The translations under genes were made by a program, and so were the position numbers. The notes under the pieces are model-generated. The model had not been told where the DNA came from. It ran no database searches and was given only the letters and a program-made list of their open reading frames with translations. Below are positions 9,831 to 19,295 of a DNA stretch of 64,000 nucleotides, piece after piece. The DNA comes from Candidatus Obscuribacteraceae bacterium (GTDB lineage Bacteria > Cyanobacteriota > Vampirovibrionia > Obscuribacterales > Obscuribacteraceae), in contig JBGASG010000003.1 of the NCBI GenBank assembly GCA_044229845.1, positions 384,001 through 448,000 of the forward strand. The letters are read 5' to 3'. How positions within the stretch are numbered: position 1 is the stretch's first letter; every line of letters begins with the position of its first letter.

Positions 9831-11137
9831 TGGGACCGGAGCCAGGCAACACCGATACCATATCTAGTGGCGAACAGATCGAACTGACCGTCCATGAACA
9901 AACCGCGGAAGATCAAGCTCCGGAGACGGTGGACGATCAGCCTGCATCGCAGCCGACAGACGCTCGCGATGCCGGCAGCGAATCCGGACCTGCGCCTGCA
10001 CACGGAAATCTGTGGCGTCGAGTGGGACTCGGCTCGCTTATATCAGTTTTGATCATCAGCTGCCTTTTGGCACTCTTCAACGAATTGATTGTCGCTCCGC
10101 ACTACCCGTCGCCCTTTACCGACCTTGGGGGCGCGTCGGGCAGGGTCACTCTGTTTCCAGATGATGAACCCGGACAGGTCGTCTACGATCCAAACCACTT
10201 CCCCGACCTGCGCGTAATCGTGCGAGACCCCACCTTGACTCCAAGCTTGCCGATTTTGCAGTTGCGCGCACTTTACGGCAACGAGAAAACAAAAAAGCGC
10301 ACAATTCTGGATACTGCCCTCTGGCACCTGAATCGCAACGAAGAAGCAAAGGCTGCCCCGCTTCTGGAGCAGCTTTTGCTGTCATCGGACGGACTCGATG
10401 ACGAACAAACAGCCGTCGCTGACACGCTGTCTCAGATTTATTACAACCAGGGACGCTATCAGCAGTCACTCGACATCTATTCCAGGTACGTCGATAAAAA
10501 CCGAGTGATGTATCAGCTGGAAGCGTCTAAGCTGCGTGCCGCATCCTGCCTGGAAAAGCTCGGGCTGACGGAACAAGCTGCCGGCGTCCGCGCTGAGGCG
10601 GAAAGGTTGGCACTATTTCCAAACGACGGTGATCTAGATAACTTTCCGGGTCAGTCTTTCAGGGACACCGATGCCAATTCAGCGTTAGAAAGTCTCTACA
10701 ATGCGGCAAGGGTTAACGCAGCCCAGGGCAATCTCGCCACCTCCCGAAAATACTTTGAGATCATCAAATCCAGCGGACTGGCAAAACCGAATTCAGTGAT
10801 TCTCTTGCGCACCACCATGTTCGCCCCTGTATTGAGCATGCTGGAAGGAAACACAGAGCGCGCGGGCAATGAGTTTAAGGAAGCGCTAAAAGTCCACGAC
10901 GAGCTCGACCGCATCAAGCCGACCGACGGCAGCCCGGCGCCGAGTGATTACAACGATTGGGAAATTGTTTGCCGGTCGTACGCTGACTACCTGGACCGGC
11001 AAAGAGATCCGCAGCAAGCCAAAGTTTGGCGCCGCAAAGCCGACATCGTGCGCGAGATACTCAGACAAAAGCACTTTCGCGGCACATGGTGGAGCAAATC
11101 ACCAGTAGAAAAAAGCCCTGCCACTAAGGAACATTAG
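9830..11137 (+). CDS. Single-TM TPR-like protein, paralog 2
   Basis: ATG overlaps the upstream stop (TGATG 9828-9832); acidic N-terminus, TM, TPR-like LSQIYYNQGRYQQS, MFAPVL motif. Confidence 0.75.
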   Translation: MGPEPGNTDTISSGEQIELTVHEQTAEDQAPETVDDQPASQPTDARDAGSESGPAPAHGNLWRRVGLGSLISVLIISCLLALFNELIVAPHYPSPFTDLGGASGRVTLFPDDEPGQVVYDPNHFPDLRVIVRDPTLTPSLPILQLRALYGNEKTKKRTILDTALWHLNRNEEAKAAPLLEQLLLSSDGLDDEQTAVADTLSQIYYNQGRYQQSLDIYSRYVDKNRVMYQLEASKLRAASCLEKLGLTEQAAGVRAEAERLALFPNDGDLDNFPGQSFRDTDANSALESLYNAARVNAAQGNLATSRKYFEIIKSSGLAKPNSVILLRTTMFAPVLSMLEGNTERAGNEFKEALKVHDELDRIKPTDGSPAPSDYNDWEIVCRSYADYLDRQRDPQQAKVWRRKADIVREILRQKHFRGTWWSKSPVEKSPATKEH

Positions 11138-11206
11138 GCGCCTGAGACAGCGTCTGGCATAATTGTTTCATTGCTGAATACTCCGTGTGCTGCGCCAGGG
11201 GCAAGG

Positions 11207-11887
11207 ATGAAGCGCGAGAAAAACCACTACCAGGTGTTGGGGCTCGAACCCACTGTCACAACCGCGCAAATCAAGCGGGCATATCGCGAACTGGTGAAGG
11301 AGCGGCACCCAGACTTGCACGAGTCCAACGGCAACAGAGCTCGCCAATCAGCGACAGAAGACATGATGCAGCTCAACGAAGCATACGAAACCTTAATGGA
11401 TGCCGGTCGGCGTGCCGAATACGACATCAAGATGGGAATCCGCAAGGGACGCACCACGGGCAAAGCTACTTTTGCGTCAGGCAGCGAAGATGAAGCGCGA
11501 GAGCGTTATCTGTCTCGTATCTTCTATCCCGCCCGCACAACCGTGGTGCGCGTCCTCAACAAGTACAAGAAAAATCTGCGCGAGCTGTCTCTAGATCCGT
11601 TCGACGACGAGTTGCTGGGGGCATTTCAGCAATACGCCGACGAGGTGGAATCGACGTTGCGCAAAGCCTCTGACGACATCAGCCTCAATCCATCACCGCG
11701 CTCGCTGAAAGCGTCGGTGCACATGATGCGCAACAGCCTGGCTCAGGCCGCCGACGGACTGGAAGAAATGCGCACATTTTGTTTGAACTACGACTATAGC
11801 CATCTGAATATGGCTGAAAACCTCTTCAAGATTTCGGTCGATCTGGCCAAACAAGCTCTCGACCTGACCAAGACAGGTCAGTTCTAA
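11207..11887 (+). CDS. J-domain (class C DnaJ-like) protein
   Basis: NHYQVLGL...IKRAYREL...HPD...LNEAYETL; C-terminal DPFDDELL region resembles cyanobacterial J proteins. Confidence 0.88.
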   Translation: MKREKNHYQVLGLEPTVTTAQIKRAYRELVKERHPDLHESNGNRARQSATEDMMQLNEAYETLMDAGRRAEYDIKMGIRKGRTTGKATFASGSEDEARERYLSRIFYPARTTVVRVLNKYKKNLRELSLDPFDDELLGAFQQYADEVESTLRKASDDISLNPSPRSLKASVHMMRNSLAQAADGLEEMRTFCLNYDYSHLNMAENLFKISVDLAKQALDLTKTGQF

Positions 11888-11952
11888 TCCAGTAAAACCC
11901 CTGTGGCATTCGATGTCGAACTCTCCGATTATGACAGTGGAGGATTCAAACG

Positions 11953-13002
11953 ATGCCCCAAGATGCGCCATCACCGACCACCGATGCCACCACCACCGGC
12001 GCGACCACTGCTGCGGACGCCCCGAAAAAGCGCCGCCCGATTTTTCGGGATCCACTCGCCATTATGGCGGTGTGCCTGGCTATAGTCGTCAGTGTCGCCA
12101 ACTATTTGATCGGCGGCTATCCGGAGATGTATGTACTCGAAGATTTCCAGCAAATGCCGAAATCTCAGCTTGCCACCATTGAAACGCAGTTGCAGTTGCG
12201 GGTTGCAAAAGAACAGATTTTACGACCGACTGGGCAACCGCTCTCATGTGCACTTGGCAGTCTTGGCTTCTTGAAGCTGAATCAGGGCAACAGGAAGGAG
12301 GCAATCAGGTTTTTCGAAAAAGCAATCGCTAATCAAGATTACGGAGTCTACGATGACCCTGTTCGCTACTATCTGGGTCGCCTCTACCTGTCGGAAGGTC
12401 GAATAGATGATGCTGTTGCACTGATGGTGAAGTGGCGAGGACAACTCAACACCAACGTTCGCGATGCCACGGGCGAACTGGTGGCATTTCATCAGCTCGA
12501 TGCAGACATAATGCAGGCAGCCGGCAAGAAAAACGCCGCCAACCAAGCAAGGGCTCTGGAGGAGCGATGCTTGCGAACACCGCTATATTTGTCTTTCAAC
12601 ACCGACTCTCAGTACTCGCCGTCTTCTTCAGTCTTGCGCTCGCTGTTCGAACAAGGATGCGCCTTGCTCGCGGCCGATCGCTATGCCGAAGCAAAGCGAG
12701 TATTCAACATGACGATCAAAGGACTACCTGACGTAAAAGAAGACCTGCAAGCCCGAAGCGAAGCCATTCTCATGCTGCCCGTAGTAGATTATTGCGCGGG
12801 CGACTGGTCGGCAGCAGAAAAGGATTTTGCAGTCGCTGCCACTCAACCTGAGGATGGGACCAACACGGCGGCCGCAGTTTTCTACCATTACTACAGCGAG
12901 TATCTGCGGCGCAAAGGATTGACCAAGCAAGCCGCCGAGTTCGCCGCCAAAGAACTGGCTGTCAGACAACAGCGGAACCGCTTCTATACAACCCGTATCT
13001 AG
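11953..13002 (+). CDS. Single-TM TPR-like protein, paralog 3
   Basis: GGAGG RBS; Thr-rich N-terminus, KKRR, TM, TPR repeats (LGFLKLNQGNRKEAIRFFEKAI), LMLPVV motif. Confidence 0.78.
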   Translation: MPQDAPSPTTDATTTGATTAADAPKKRRPIFRDPLAIMAVCLAIVVSVANYLIGGYPEMYVLEDFQQMPKSQLATIETQLQLRVAKEQILRPTGQPLSCALGSLGFLKLNQGNRKEAIRFFEKAIANQDYGVYDDPVRYYLGRLYLSEGRIDDAVALMVKWRGQLNTNVRDATGELVAFHQLDADIMQAAGKKNAANQARALEERCLRTPLYLSFNTDSQYSPSSSVLRSLFEQGCALLAADRYAEAKRVFNMTIKGLPDVKEDLQARSEAILMLPVVDYCAGDWSAAEKDFAVAATQPEDGTNTAAAVFYHYYSEYLRRKGLTKQAAEFAAKELAVRQQRNRFYTTRI

Positions 13003-13898
13003 TTGGGTGCGGCTTCCGGCATCGCATTGTCTGCAACGGCTGTGGCGGAGTTAGAAAACTCGATAATTCGCAGCGGCGCTTGCTCCGGATCTAGTGTCCG
13101 CAAAAGCGGCATAGCCACGTTATAGACCGGTATGCCATTACTAGTGGTGCCATGCGGGCTGCCGGCATGGGCATGCCCGTGAAAGACCGCACTGACAGGA
13201 TATCTCAACAGCGGCTCTTCCAGCCTCGTGGTGCCCAGAAATGGGAACAATTCGGGAGACTCACCCTGCACGGTTGCGGCAATCGGCGAGTAGTGCAGAA
13301 CTGCAATGCGATGCGGATTATGCAGCTTAGCCAGTGCGCCTTCAAGCTTGAGCGCCTCCTCAATGGCTTCATGCACAAAGTTCTTGATGATGGTTTCGCC
13401 CCAGGCACCGAGAGTGTAACGCCCGAATCCACCGGCAAAGCCCTTCACTCCGGCAAAACCTATGCCATCGATCTCCACAGCCTCGCCATCAAGAATTTTG
13501 ATGCCTGCGTGACAGAGTATTTCAGTAATCGCGGCAGGCTGACCAGACTCATGATCGTGATTGCCGAGCACACCGACAACCGGCAACGGACAACCGGCGT
13601 CAGCATATTCACCGGCCAGTATATGAGCTTCTTCAATCGTTCCGTAGTCTGTCAAATCGCCGGCCAGAATCAGAATGTCGGCTTGCTGTGCCGCTGCTTC
13701 GAAAAGAGATTGGAGCACTCCCTTCGAGCGCTTGGTGCAATGGATGTCGCCGACGGCGGCGATACGCACGGTCTCCTTTTGACGCATATGCTGGCTAGAC
13801 TCCAGAAGCTCTACAGAACACACGACTGAATCCTCCGCAGGAAGTGCCGGCCCTGGCTCAGCCATATGCGATTTGTTTGCCGGCGGCACAACAGGCAC
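12999..13898 (-). CDS. Calcineurin-like metallophosphoesterase
   Basis: GDIH, AGDLT, GNHD, LHYSP and HGHAH motifs; start codon uncertain. Confidence 0.9.
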   Translation of the reverse strand: MPVVPPANKSHMAEPGPALPAEDSVVCSVELLESSQHMRQKETVRIAAVGDIHCTKRSKGVLQSLFEAAAQQADILILAGDLTDYGTIEEAHILAGEYADAGCPLPVVGVLGNHDHESGQPAAITEILCHAGIKILDGEAVEIDGIGFAGVKGFAGGFGRYTLGAWGETIIKNFVHEAIEEALKLEGALAKLHNPHRIAVLHYSPIAATVQGESPELFPFLGTTRLEEPLLRYPVSAVFHGHAHAGSPHGTTSNGIPVYNVAMPLLRTLDPEQAPLRIIEFSNSATAVADNAMPEAAPN

Positions 13899-13987
13899 TC
13901 TATTCGAATTTTATCGTCGAGGTTTTGACCGCGCCAATTTCCAGATCAGCAGTTTTTTGCACTACTTAGGAGTCTACAAGAGTTAAC

Positions 13988-14827
13988 ATGAGCACCATCG
14001 ACCCTCAAAAGATCAATACGAACGTACCCGGTGCCACCTGTCTGGACCCGCGCGCCGTGCGCTTCTACACCGATGCCATGCGCACGCTTCAGGAGGCTGA
14101 CATTGACTTTCTCGTAGGCGGCGCCTATGCATTTTTTCGCTATACAGATATCGAAAGGCACACATGTGACTTCGACATCTTCGTACGCCAACAAGACTGC
14201 AAACGCGTTCTAAAAATTCTGAGCGCTAAGAGCAAATTCCGATCTGAGCTGAGCTTTCCCCACTGGCTCGGCAAGGTCTACTGGGAGACACTCTACATCG
14301 ATGTAATCTTCAGTTCCGGCAACGGCATCGCCCGGGTGGACGACGAGTGGTTTACCAATGCCACCCATGATGAAGTTCTCGGAGTGCCGGTCAATCTGGT
14401 GCCGGCTGAGGAGATGATCTGGTCCAAGGGATACATCATGGAGCGTGAGCGTTATGATGGTGCAGACATAGCGCACATCATCCATGCGCGCGGTGAATCA
14501 CTCGACTGGGAGCGCTTATTGCGCCGCTTTGGCGAGCACAGTTCGGTTTTGCTGAGTCACCTGGTGCTCTTCGACTTCATCTACCCCGGTGAGTCCGACA
14601 AGATACCAGATACGGTGATGAATGAATTGCTCCAGAGAGCGAAGAGAGCGCACCAAGAGCCCAGCAAGTCGATGGGCAAGAAACAAATTTGCCAGGGCAC
14701 TTTGTTGTCGCGTGAACAATACCTTACCGATCTCGATGTTTGGGGCTATAAAGATGCCCGCATTGAACGTGGTTTCATGACGGCAGCCAGCACCAGGCAC
14801 TGGACGGCCGCCATTCAATTCAAATAG
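13988..14827 (+). CDS. Pol-beta superfamily nucleotidyltransferase
   Basis: LVGGAYA...RHTCDFD, third carboxylate in IDVIF, RERYDGAD; AGGAG RBS. Confidence 0.85.
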   Translation: MSTIDPQKINTNVPGATCLDPRAVRFYTDAMRTLQEADIDFLVGGAYAFFRYTDIERHTCDFDIFVRQQDCKRVLKILSAKSKFRSELSFPHWLGKVYWETLYIDVIFSSGNGIARVDDEWFTNATHDEVLGVPVNLVPAEEMIWSKGYIMERERYDGADIAHIIHARGESLDWERLLRRFGEHSSVLLSHLVLFDFIYPGESDKIPDTVMNELLQRAKRAHQEPSKSMGKKQICQGTLLSREQYLTDLDVWGYKDARIERGFMTAASTRHWTAAIQFK

Positions 14828-14832
14828 ATACT

Positions 14833-16557
14833 CTACGGGTCCGGCGGATCAGTCGGATCGGCGTGTTTCTTGCCTTCTGCGATGGCGTCCTGCAGTTTCT
14901 TTCGGGTTGATTCATCGTCCATGATCGCCAATGCCTTTCGGTATTGCGCAGCAGCGAAGTAGTGGCGGTGTAAGTGGTCCAGCATATCGCCGTAGTTGAC
15001 GAAGCGATGGAAAATTCGACCGTCGTCCTTGAGACTACGATCTACTTCGAGAGCTTCTTCCATCGCAGCTCGCATCTTTTTCACATAGCCGACGCGGGCG
15101 TAGGAATCAGCCAGGTTTCCCAATGCGTCCGAAAGCGGTGCCGGACGTCCAAGCTGGCGAAGCAGTTCGACTCTCATCTCGGCCCGCTGAATCGCCTTCT
15201 TAGGATGTCCGGTCTCAAACTCGACCTTCGCTAAGTGTCCATAGACGGTGGCCAGGTATAGAGTTTGATGTCCGTCCTCCTCGAATTGATCGCGAGCTGA
15301 ATCCAGCGCACTGCGAGCCGTGGCCCAGTCTCGATCGCTCATAGCCGCCGCTGCCAGGTTGTAGTAAAGCTCGCCCATCTGAACATGGGTCAGCGTATCC
15401 TGCCCTGCTAGTTCGATTGCCTTTTTTGAATGAAACGCGGAGGTCTGGTAATTGGTGTTTCTGAATTCTTCGCCGGCGATGGCGGCCTCTTTTTGCCAGG
15501 CAGGAGTGAACGCCTGGCGGTTCACCGCAAAATATCCGACCGAAATCAAGCTGCCGGCGAAGATCAACGCCATCACAGCAGTGACGACAATGACGGTGCG
15601 CGAAACGCGTTTCGGTTTCTTCCTCTTGATGGCAATTTGGATGGGGTTGCCGGCGCGCAAAGCATCCATCAGATCCGCTATTTCCTGAACTGATTGCGGA
15701 CGCATCTCCTTCTGCTTTTCGAGGCACCAGAGACTTATGGACTCCAGGTCTGACAGCAGCGGTGTATTCAATGCCAACGGTGTCGGCGGCTTATCGACGT
15801 GCGACGACATGTAACCAAATGCGGTGTCATGCACAAAAGGTTTCTTACCGGAGAGTGCCTCGTACATGCAGCAACCAAGAGAGTACAGATCGGTTCGGAA
15901 GTCGACACGCTCGCCTTTGCATTGTTCGGGGCTCATGTAAGCGGGTGTGCCTAGAGACGCACCAGTCTGGGTGAGATTGGCACCGGAATCGTTTTCGGGC
16001 GAGACGAATTTAGCCAGTCCAAAGTCGAGCACTTTTACGCAGCCCTTCTCTGGACCTTCGTCGACGATAAAGATGTTGCTGGGTGTCAGATCGCGGTGCA
16101 CGATATCGGCACGATGAGCGGTTGCAATGCCTTTCGTCACCTGCTGGAATATCTCCAGAAATCGATCACTGGAGAGTCCATTGGGTGCCGCTTTGATCTC
16201 ATCAGCCAGTGTGTGCCCGCCTAGATAATCCATAACCAGGTAGGGACGTCCGAACCAGTAGCCATAGTCCTTGACGCTGAGGATGTTCTGGTGCGACAGC
16301 ATGCTGGCGGCTTGAGCCTCTTGCTTGAATCGCGCCACCTTGCTGGCATCCCAGGCGAGGTGAGGGTGCAACAGCTTGAGCGCACAATAGCGCTCCAGCT
16401 GCAAGTGCCAGGCCTTCACGACTGAGCCCCAGCCTCCGCTGGCAATTATGGTTTCGACCCGGTACTGCTCGTTGATCACCGCTCCGGGCAGTGTTTCCGA
16501 GTCGGGGGCTGGTCCTTGATCTTCTTTGCCTAGAAGGATGTCGGGCTCGACGTCCAA
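14833..16557 (-). CDS. Hanks-type Ser/Thr kinase with TM helix and C-terminal TPR region
   Basis: SGGWG, ALK, HRDLTPSN, DFG, GTPAYMSPE; TM near residues 322-345; TPR helices; TTG start. Confidence 0.92.
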   Translation of the reverse strand: MDVEPDILLGKEDQGPAPDSETLPGAVINEQYRVETIIASGGWGSVVKAWHLQLERYCALKLLHPHLAWDASKVARFKQEAQAASMLSHQNILSVKDYGYWFGRPYLVMDYLGGHTLADEIKAAPNGLSSDRFLEIFQQVTKGIATAHRADIVHRDLTPSNIFIVDEGPEKGCVKVLDFGLAKFVSPENDSGANLTQTGASLGTPAYMSPEQCKGERVDFRTDLYSLGCCMYEALSGKKPFVHDTAFGYMSSHVDKPPTPLALNTPLLSDLESISLWCLEKQKEMRPQSVQEIADLMDALRAGNPIQIAIKRKKPKRVSRTVIVVTAVMALIFAGSLISVGYFAVNRQAFTPAWQKEAAIAGEEFRNTNYQTSAFHSKKAIELAGQDTLTHVQMGELYYNLAAAAMSDRDWATARSALDSARDQFEEDGHQTLYLATVYGHLAKVEFETGHPKKAIQRAEMRVELLRQLGRPAPLSDALGNLADSYARVGYVKKMRAAMEEALEVDRSLKDDGRIFHRFVNYGDMLDHLHRHYFAAAQYRKALAIMDDESTRKKLQDAIAEGKKHADPTDPPDP

Positions 16558-16672
16558 GTTTTGACCATCCTGAGCTGTTTCGACCCCAATTTTATACCCG
16601 GGGCAGCGGTTTTGGGCACAATGGAGATAGCAATTGCGGCAGTCCTTGCCACAGGCGGTGCAAGAGAGCTAT

Positions 16673-17890
16673 ATGGCAGCCACCGACGACCTAGACGCCA
16701 GGACAACCACACGCGAGGCGGATCCGACGATAGACGTGACCTGCTCGTCAAATGATGAGCAGCAACTGCCGTCCATGACTGATCCGCTTCAGTCCGATGC
16801 CGCGACCGATAGCGAGACCAGCGCGCCGGAACAGGTTCAGATGAAGGCGGTTGGTGCAAAGAAGCCCTGGTTCAATCCGGTCTTTTTCTTATCGGTCGCG
16901 GCACTGGCCATGGGCGTAATCTACTTCGATGCCTGGATAGGTCCGGATACCAGATTTGTCGCTCGCGAGTATGCAAAAGAAGAGCCGGATCGTCAGGAGC
17001 TGATTGCCACCAAAATCGAGTTCAGACTGCGTCGCGCCGAGATGTTCTTTCACAACGACGAAAAGATCTATCAAGCTCGGCTCAATCTGGCCAAGCTACA
17101 GTTTTATCGAGGAAACTACGACCGCGCCGTGCGACTACTGGAGATCGCCAATGAGAACGTACCGAAGGCCAGTCCTGTAAGTGGTGCATTCTGGGCGCAG
17201 GCTCGCGCCTACGAAGACAAATCCCGATATTCGGATGCGGCCAATTTGATCAAGATGTGGAAGAGGAAGATGCCACCCGGCTACGATGTCGCATTCGATC
17301 TGGTGCCTTTCTATGAATACTCAGCCAGAATATACAAAGCGCTGGGAGATCAAGAGAACTATGCTCGCAGCATCGACTTGGCTGAAAAATCGAGATATGT
17401 GCCTCGCGATTACTGGGAGCCATTGACTCCCAACTCGACCAGCGCGGTCATGACGGACGCGCTACCGACTGAGTACAAGCAGGCACTCAACGCCATGATG
17501 AAGAACAATCTGCCTGAGTCCGAGCGCCTGTTGAAACAAATCGTCGGCGACAGCCGCTACGGTTTTCAGGGACGGCTGCGAGCGGAGGTGATGCTGCCAG
17601 TGGTGCTGGTCATGCAGGACAAATTCGACGAATCGAACGATCACTTTCTCAGAGCCTACCGCTCTCTGGCGCTCTTAGATCGCGACGACCCCTTTGCCCG
17701 CAGTTCACAGGCAGTGCTCGTCCACGCCAAACTTCGTGCGGCCCGAGCGGTCGGAGACAAGCGCCTTCTCAAAGCCCTTCCAACTTCAGAATGTTCCGGA
17801 CGAATGAACTTCGAGCACATGGCAGAAAGCGATGAGCCACCACTCTGGAAGACCATACGCGCCGCCGGCGGCACTAACCTGAGACAATGA
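16673..17890 (+). CDS. Single-TM TPR-like protein, paralog 4
   Basis: Acidic/Thr-rich N-terminus, KK, TM, LAKLQFYRGNYDRAVRLLE, VMLPVV motif. Confidence 0.78.
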   Translation: MAATDDLDARTTTREADPTIDVTCSSNDEQQLPSMTDPLQSDAATDSETSAPEQVQMKAVGAKKPWFNPVFFLSVAALAMGVIYFDAWIGPDTRFVAREYAKEEPDRQELIATKIEFRLRRAEMFFHNDEKIYQARLNLAKLQFYRGNYDRAVRLLEIANENVPKASPVSGAFWAQARAYEDKSRYSDAANLIKMWKRKMPPGYDVAFDLVPFYEYSARIYKALGDQENYARSIDLAEKSRYVPRDYWEPLTPNSTSAVMTDALPTEYKQALNAMMKNNLPESERLLKQIVGDSRYGFQGRLRAEVMLPVVLVMQDKFDESNDHFLRAYRSLALLDRDDPFARSSQAVLVHAKLRAARAVGDKRLLKALPTSECSGRMNFEHMAESDEPPLWKTIRAAGGTNLRQ

Positions 17891-19259
17891 CCGGGATTCC
17901 CGCAACCGCCGGAGACTCGTCGTCAGTCAGCCAGCCTACGGCCTTTCCAAACAGATCGTAAGGTTTGGCAGAGGTGATTTCGACTTTGACGATTTCAGCA
18001 AACGCGCGATCATCGAGCGAGTCGGCGCTGATATACACCTGGTTGTCGATTTGTGGCGCGTCCCATTGAGTGCGTCCGTAGAATAGTTTTTTCGCTTCGT
18101 CGAAGCCTTCAACCAACACGTCCACAGTCTGTCCAACCAGACGCAGATTGCGCTTGGAAGATATCTCGTGTTGCGCTTCCATAATTTTGCGGCGGCGCTC
18201 TTTTTTCACGCGTTCGGGAATCTGATCTTCCATGTTGCCGCTTGGTACTTCGGTTTGTCGCGAATAAGTAAAGACACCGAGGCGGTCGAATTCATGTTCA
18301 CGAATGAAGTTCAAAAGGTGCTCGAACTGCTCGTCCGTTTCTCCAGGGAAACCAACGATGAAGGTGGAGCGCAGTGCGGACTCCGGAAGAATCTCGCGTA
18401 TCAGCTTAACGGCCTTCTCAGGCTTCTGTGGTCTAGCCATGGAGGAAAGCACCTCGGGATGGCTGTGCTGCAAGGGAATATCGACGTACTTAACGACTTT
18501 CGGCAGGCGTGCCATTGCCCGGAGGAGCTGTTCGTTGGTCTCGGTCGGATAGAAGTACATGATGCGTATCCAATCGAGTCCCTCGATTTCGTGGAGCGCC
18601 TCGAGCAGTTCCGGCAGCGCCATGCGCCCGTATATATCCAGACCATAGTAGGTCGTGTCTTGCGAGATCAGGATAATCTCTTTAGTGCCTGATGCCACCA
18701 GAACGCGCGCCTCTTTGACCAGAGACTCGATGGTGCGTGAACGGAACTTGCCGCGCAGCATCGGAATGATGCAGAACGAACAGGTGTGATCGCAGCCCTC
18801 TGCTACTTTCAGGTAAGCAGATGCACCGATGCCGGTCTGCATGCGAGGCTGGACCTCATCAATATGGTCGTTCGGCGTTGCCGAGACTTGCACCACGCGC
18901 AGTGACGAATCTTCCGCAACGGCTTTCACCACATCGACAATCTTATGAATATCTCCGGTGCCTACTACGGCACGAGCCTCCGGCAGCTCCTTGAGCAGTT
19001 CCTCGCGGAAATGCTGCGCAAGGCAGCCGGCGATAATCAATTCTTTGCCATCGCAAGCCAGTTCAACCAGGTTGCGCACCGACTCGCGGCGGGCATCCTC
19101 GATGAACGAACAAGTGTTGACGAGGCACATCTCAGCTTCGTCATTATCGAAAGTGATTGTAAATCCGGCTTCCCGCAGAAGTCCGAGCATCACTTCCGTA
19201 TCAGTTTGATTCTTCGGGCATCCCAATGAAACGATGCCAATCTTTGGACTGTGCAACAT
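17874..19259 (-). CDS. rimO: Ribosomal protein S12 methylthiotransferase
   Basis: SLGCPKN, NTCSFI, GCL, radical-SAM CDHTCSFC, IVGFPGET, TRAM domain. Confidence 0.95.
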   Translation of the reverse strand: MLHSPKIGIVSLGCPKNQTDTEVMLGLLREAGFTITFDNDEAEMCLVNTCSFIEDARRESVRNLVELACDGKELIIAGCLAQHFREELLKELPEARAVVGTGDIHKIVDVVKAVAEDSSLRVVQVSATPNDHIDEVQPRMQTGIGASAYLKVAEGCDHTCSFCIIPMLRGKFRSRTIESLVKEARVLVASGTKEIILISQDTTYYGLDIYGRMALPELLEALHEIEGLDWIRIMYFYPTETNEQLLRAMARLPKVVKYVDIPLQHSHPEVLSSMARPQKPEKAVKLIREILPESALRSTFIVGFPGETDEQFEHLLNFIREHEFDRLGVFTYSRQTEVPSGNMEDQIPERVKKERRRKIMEAQHEISSKRNLRLVGQTVDVLVEGFDEAKKLFYGRTQWDAPQIDNQVYISADSLDDRAFAEIVKVEITSAKPYDLFGKAVGWLTDDESPAVAGIPVIVSG

Positions 19260-19295
19260 ATTTTTCGACTGTGACTGACTGAGACTCTGACCGGT

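Noticed and set aside
16060..16100. HRDLTPSN as evidence of a pseudokinase
   Set aside because: Catalytic Asp and Asn, the beta-3 Lys and DFG are intact, so the K-to-T change alone is not enough
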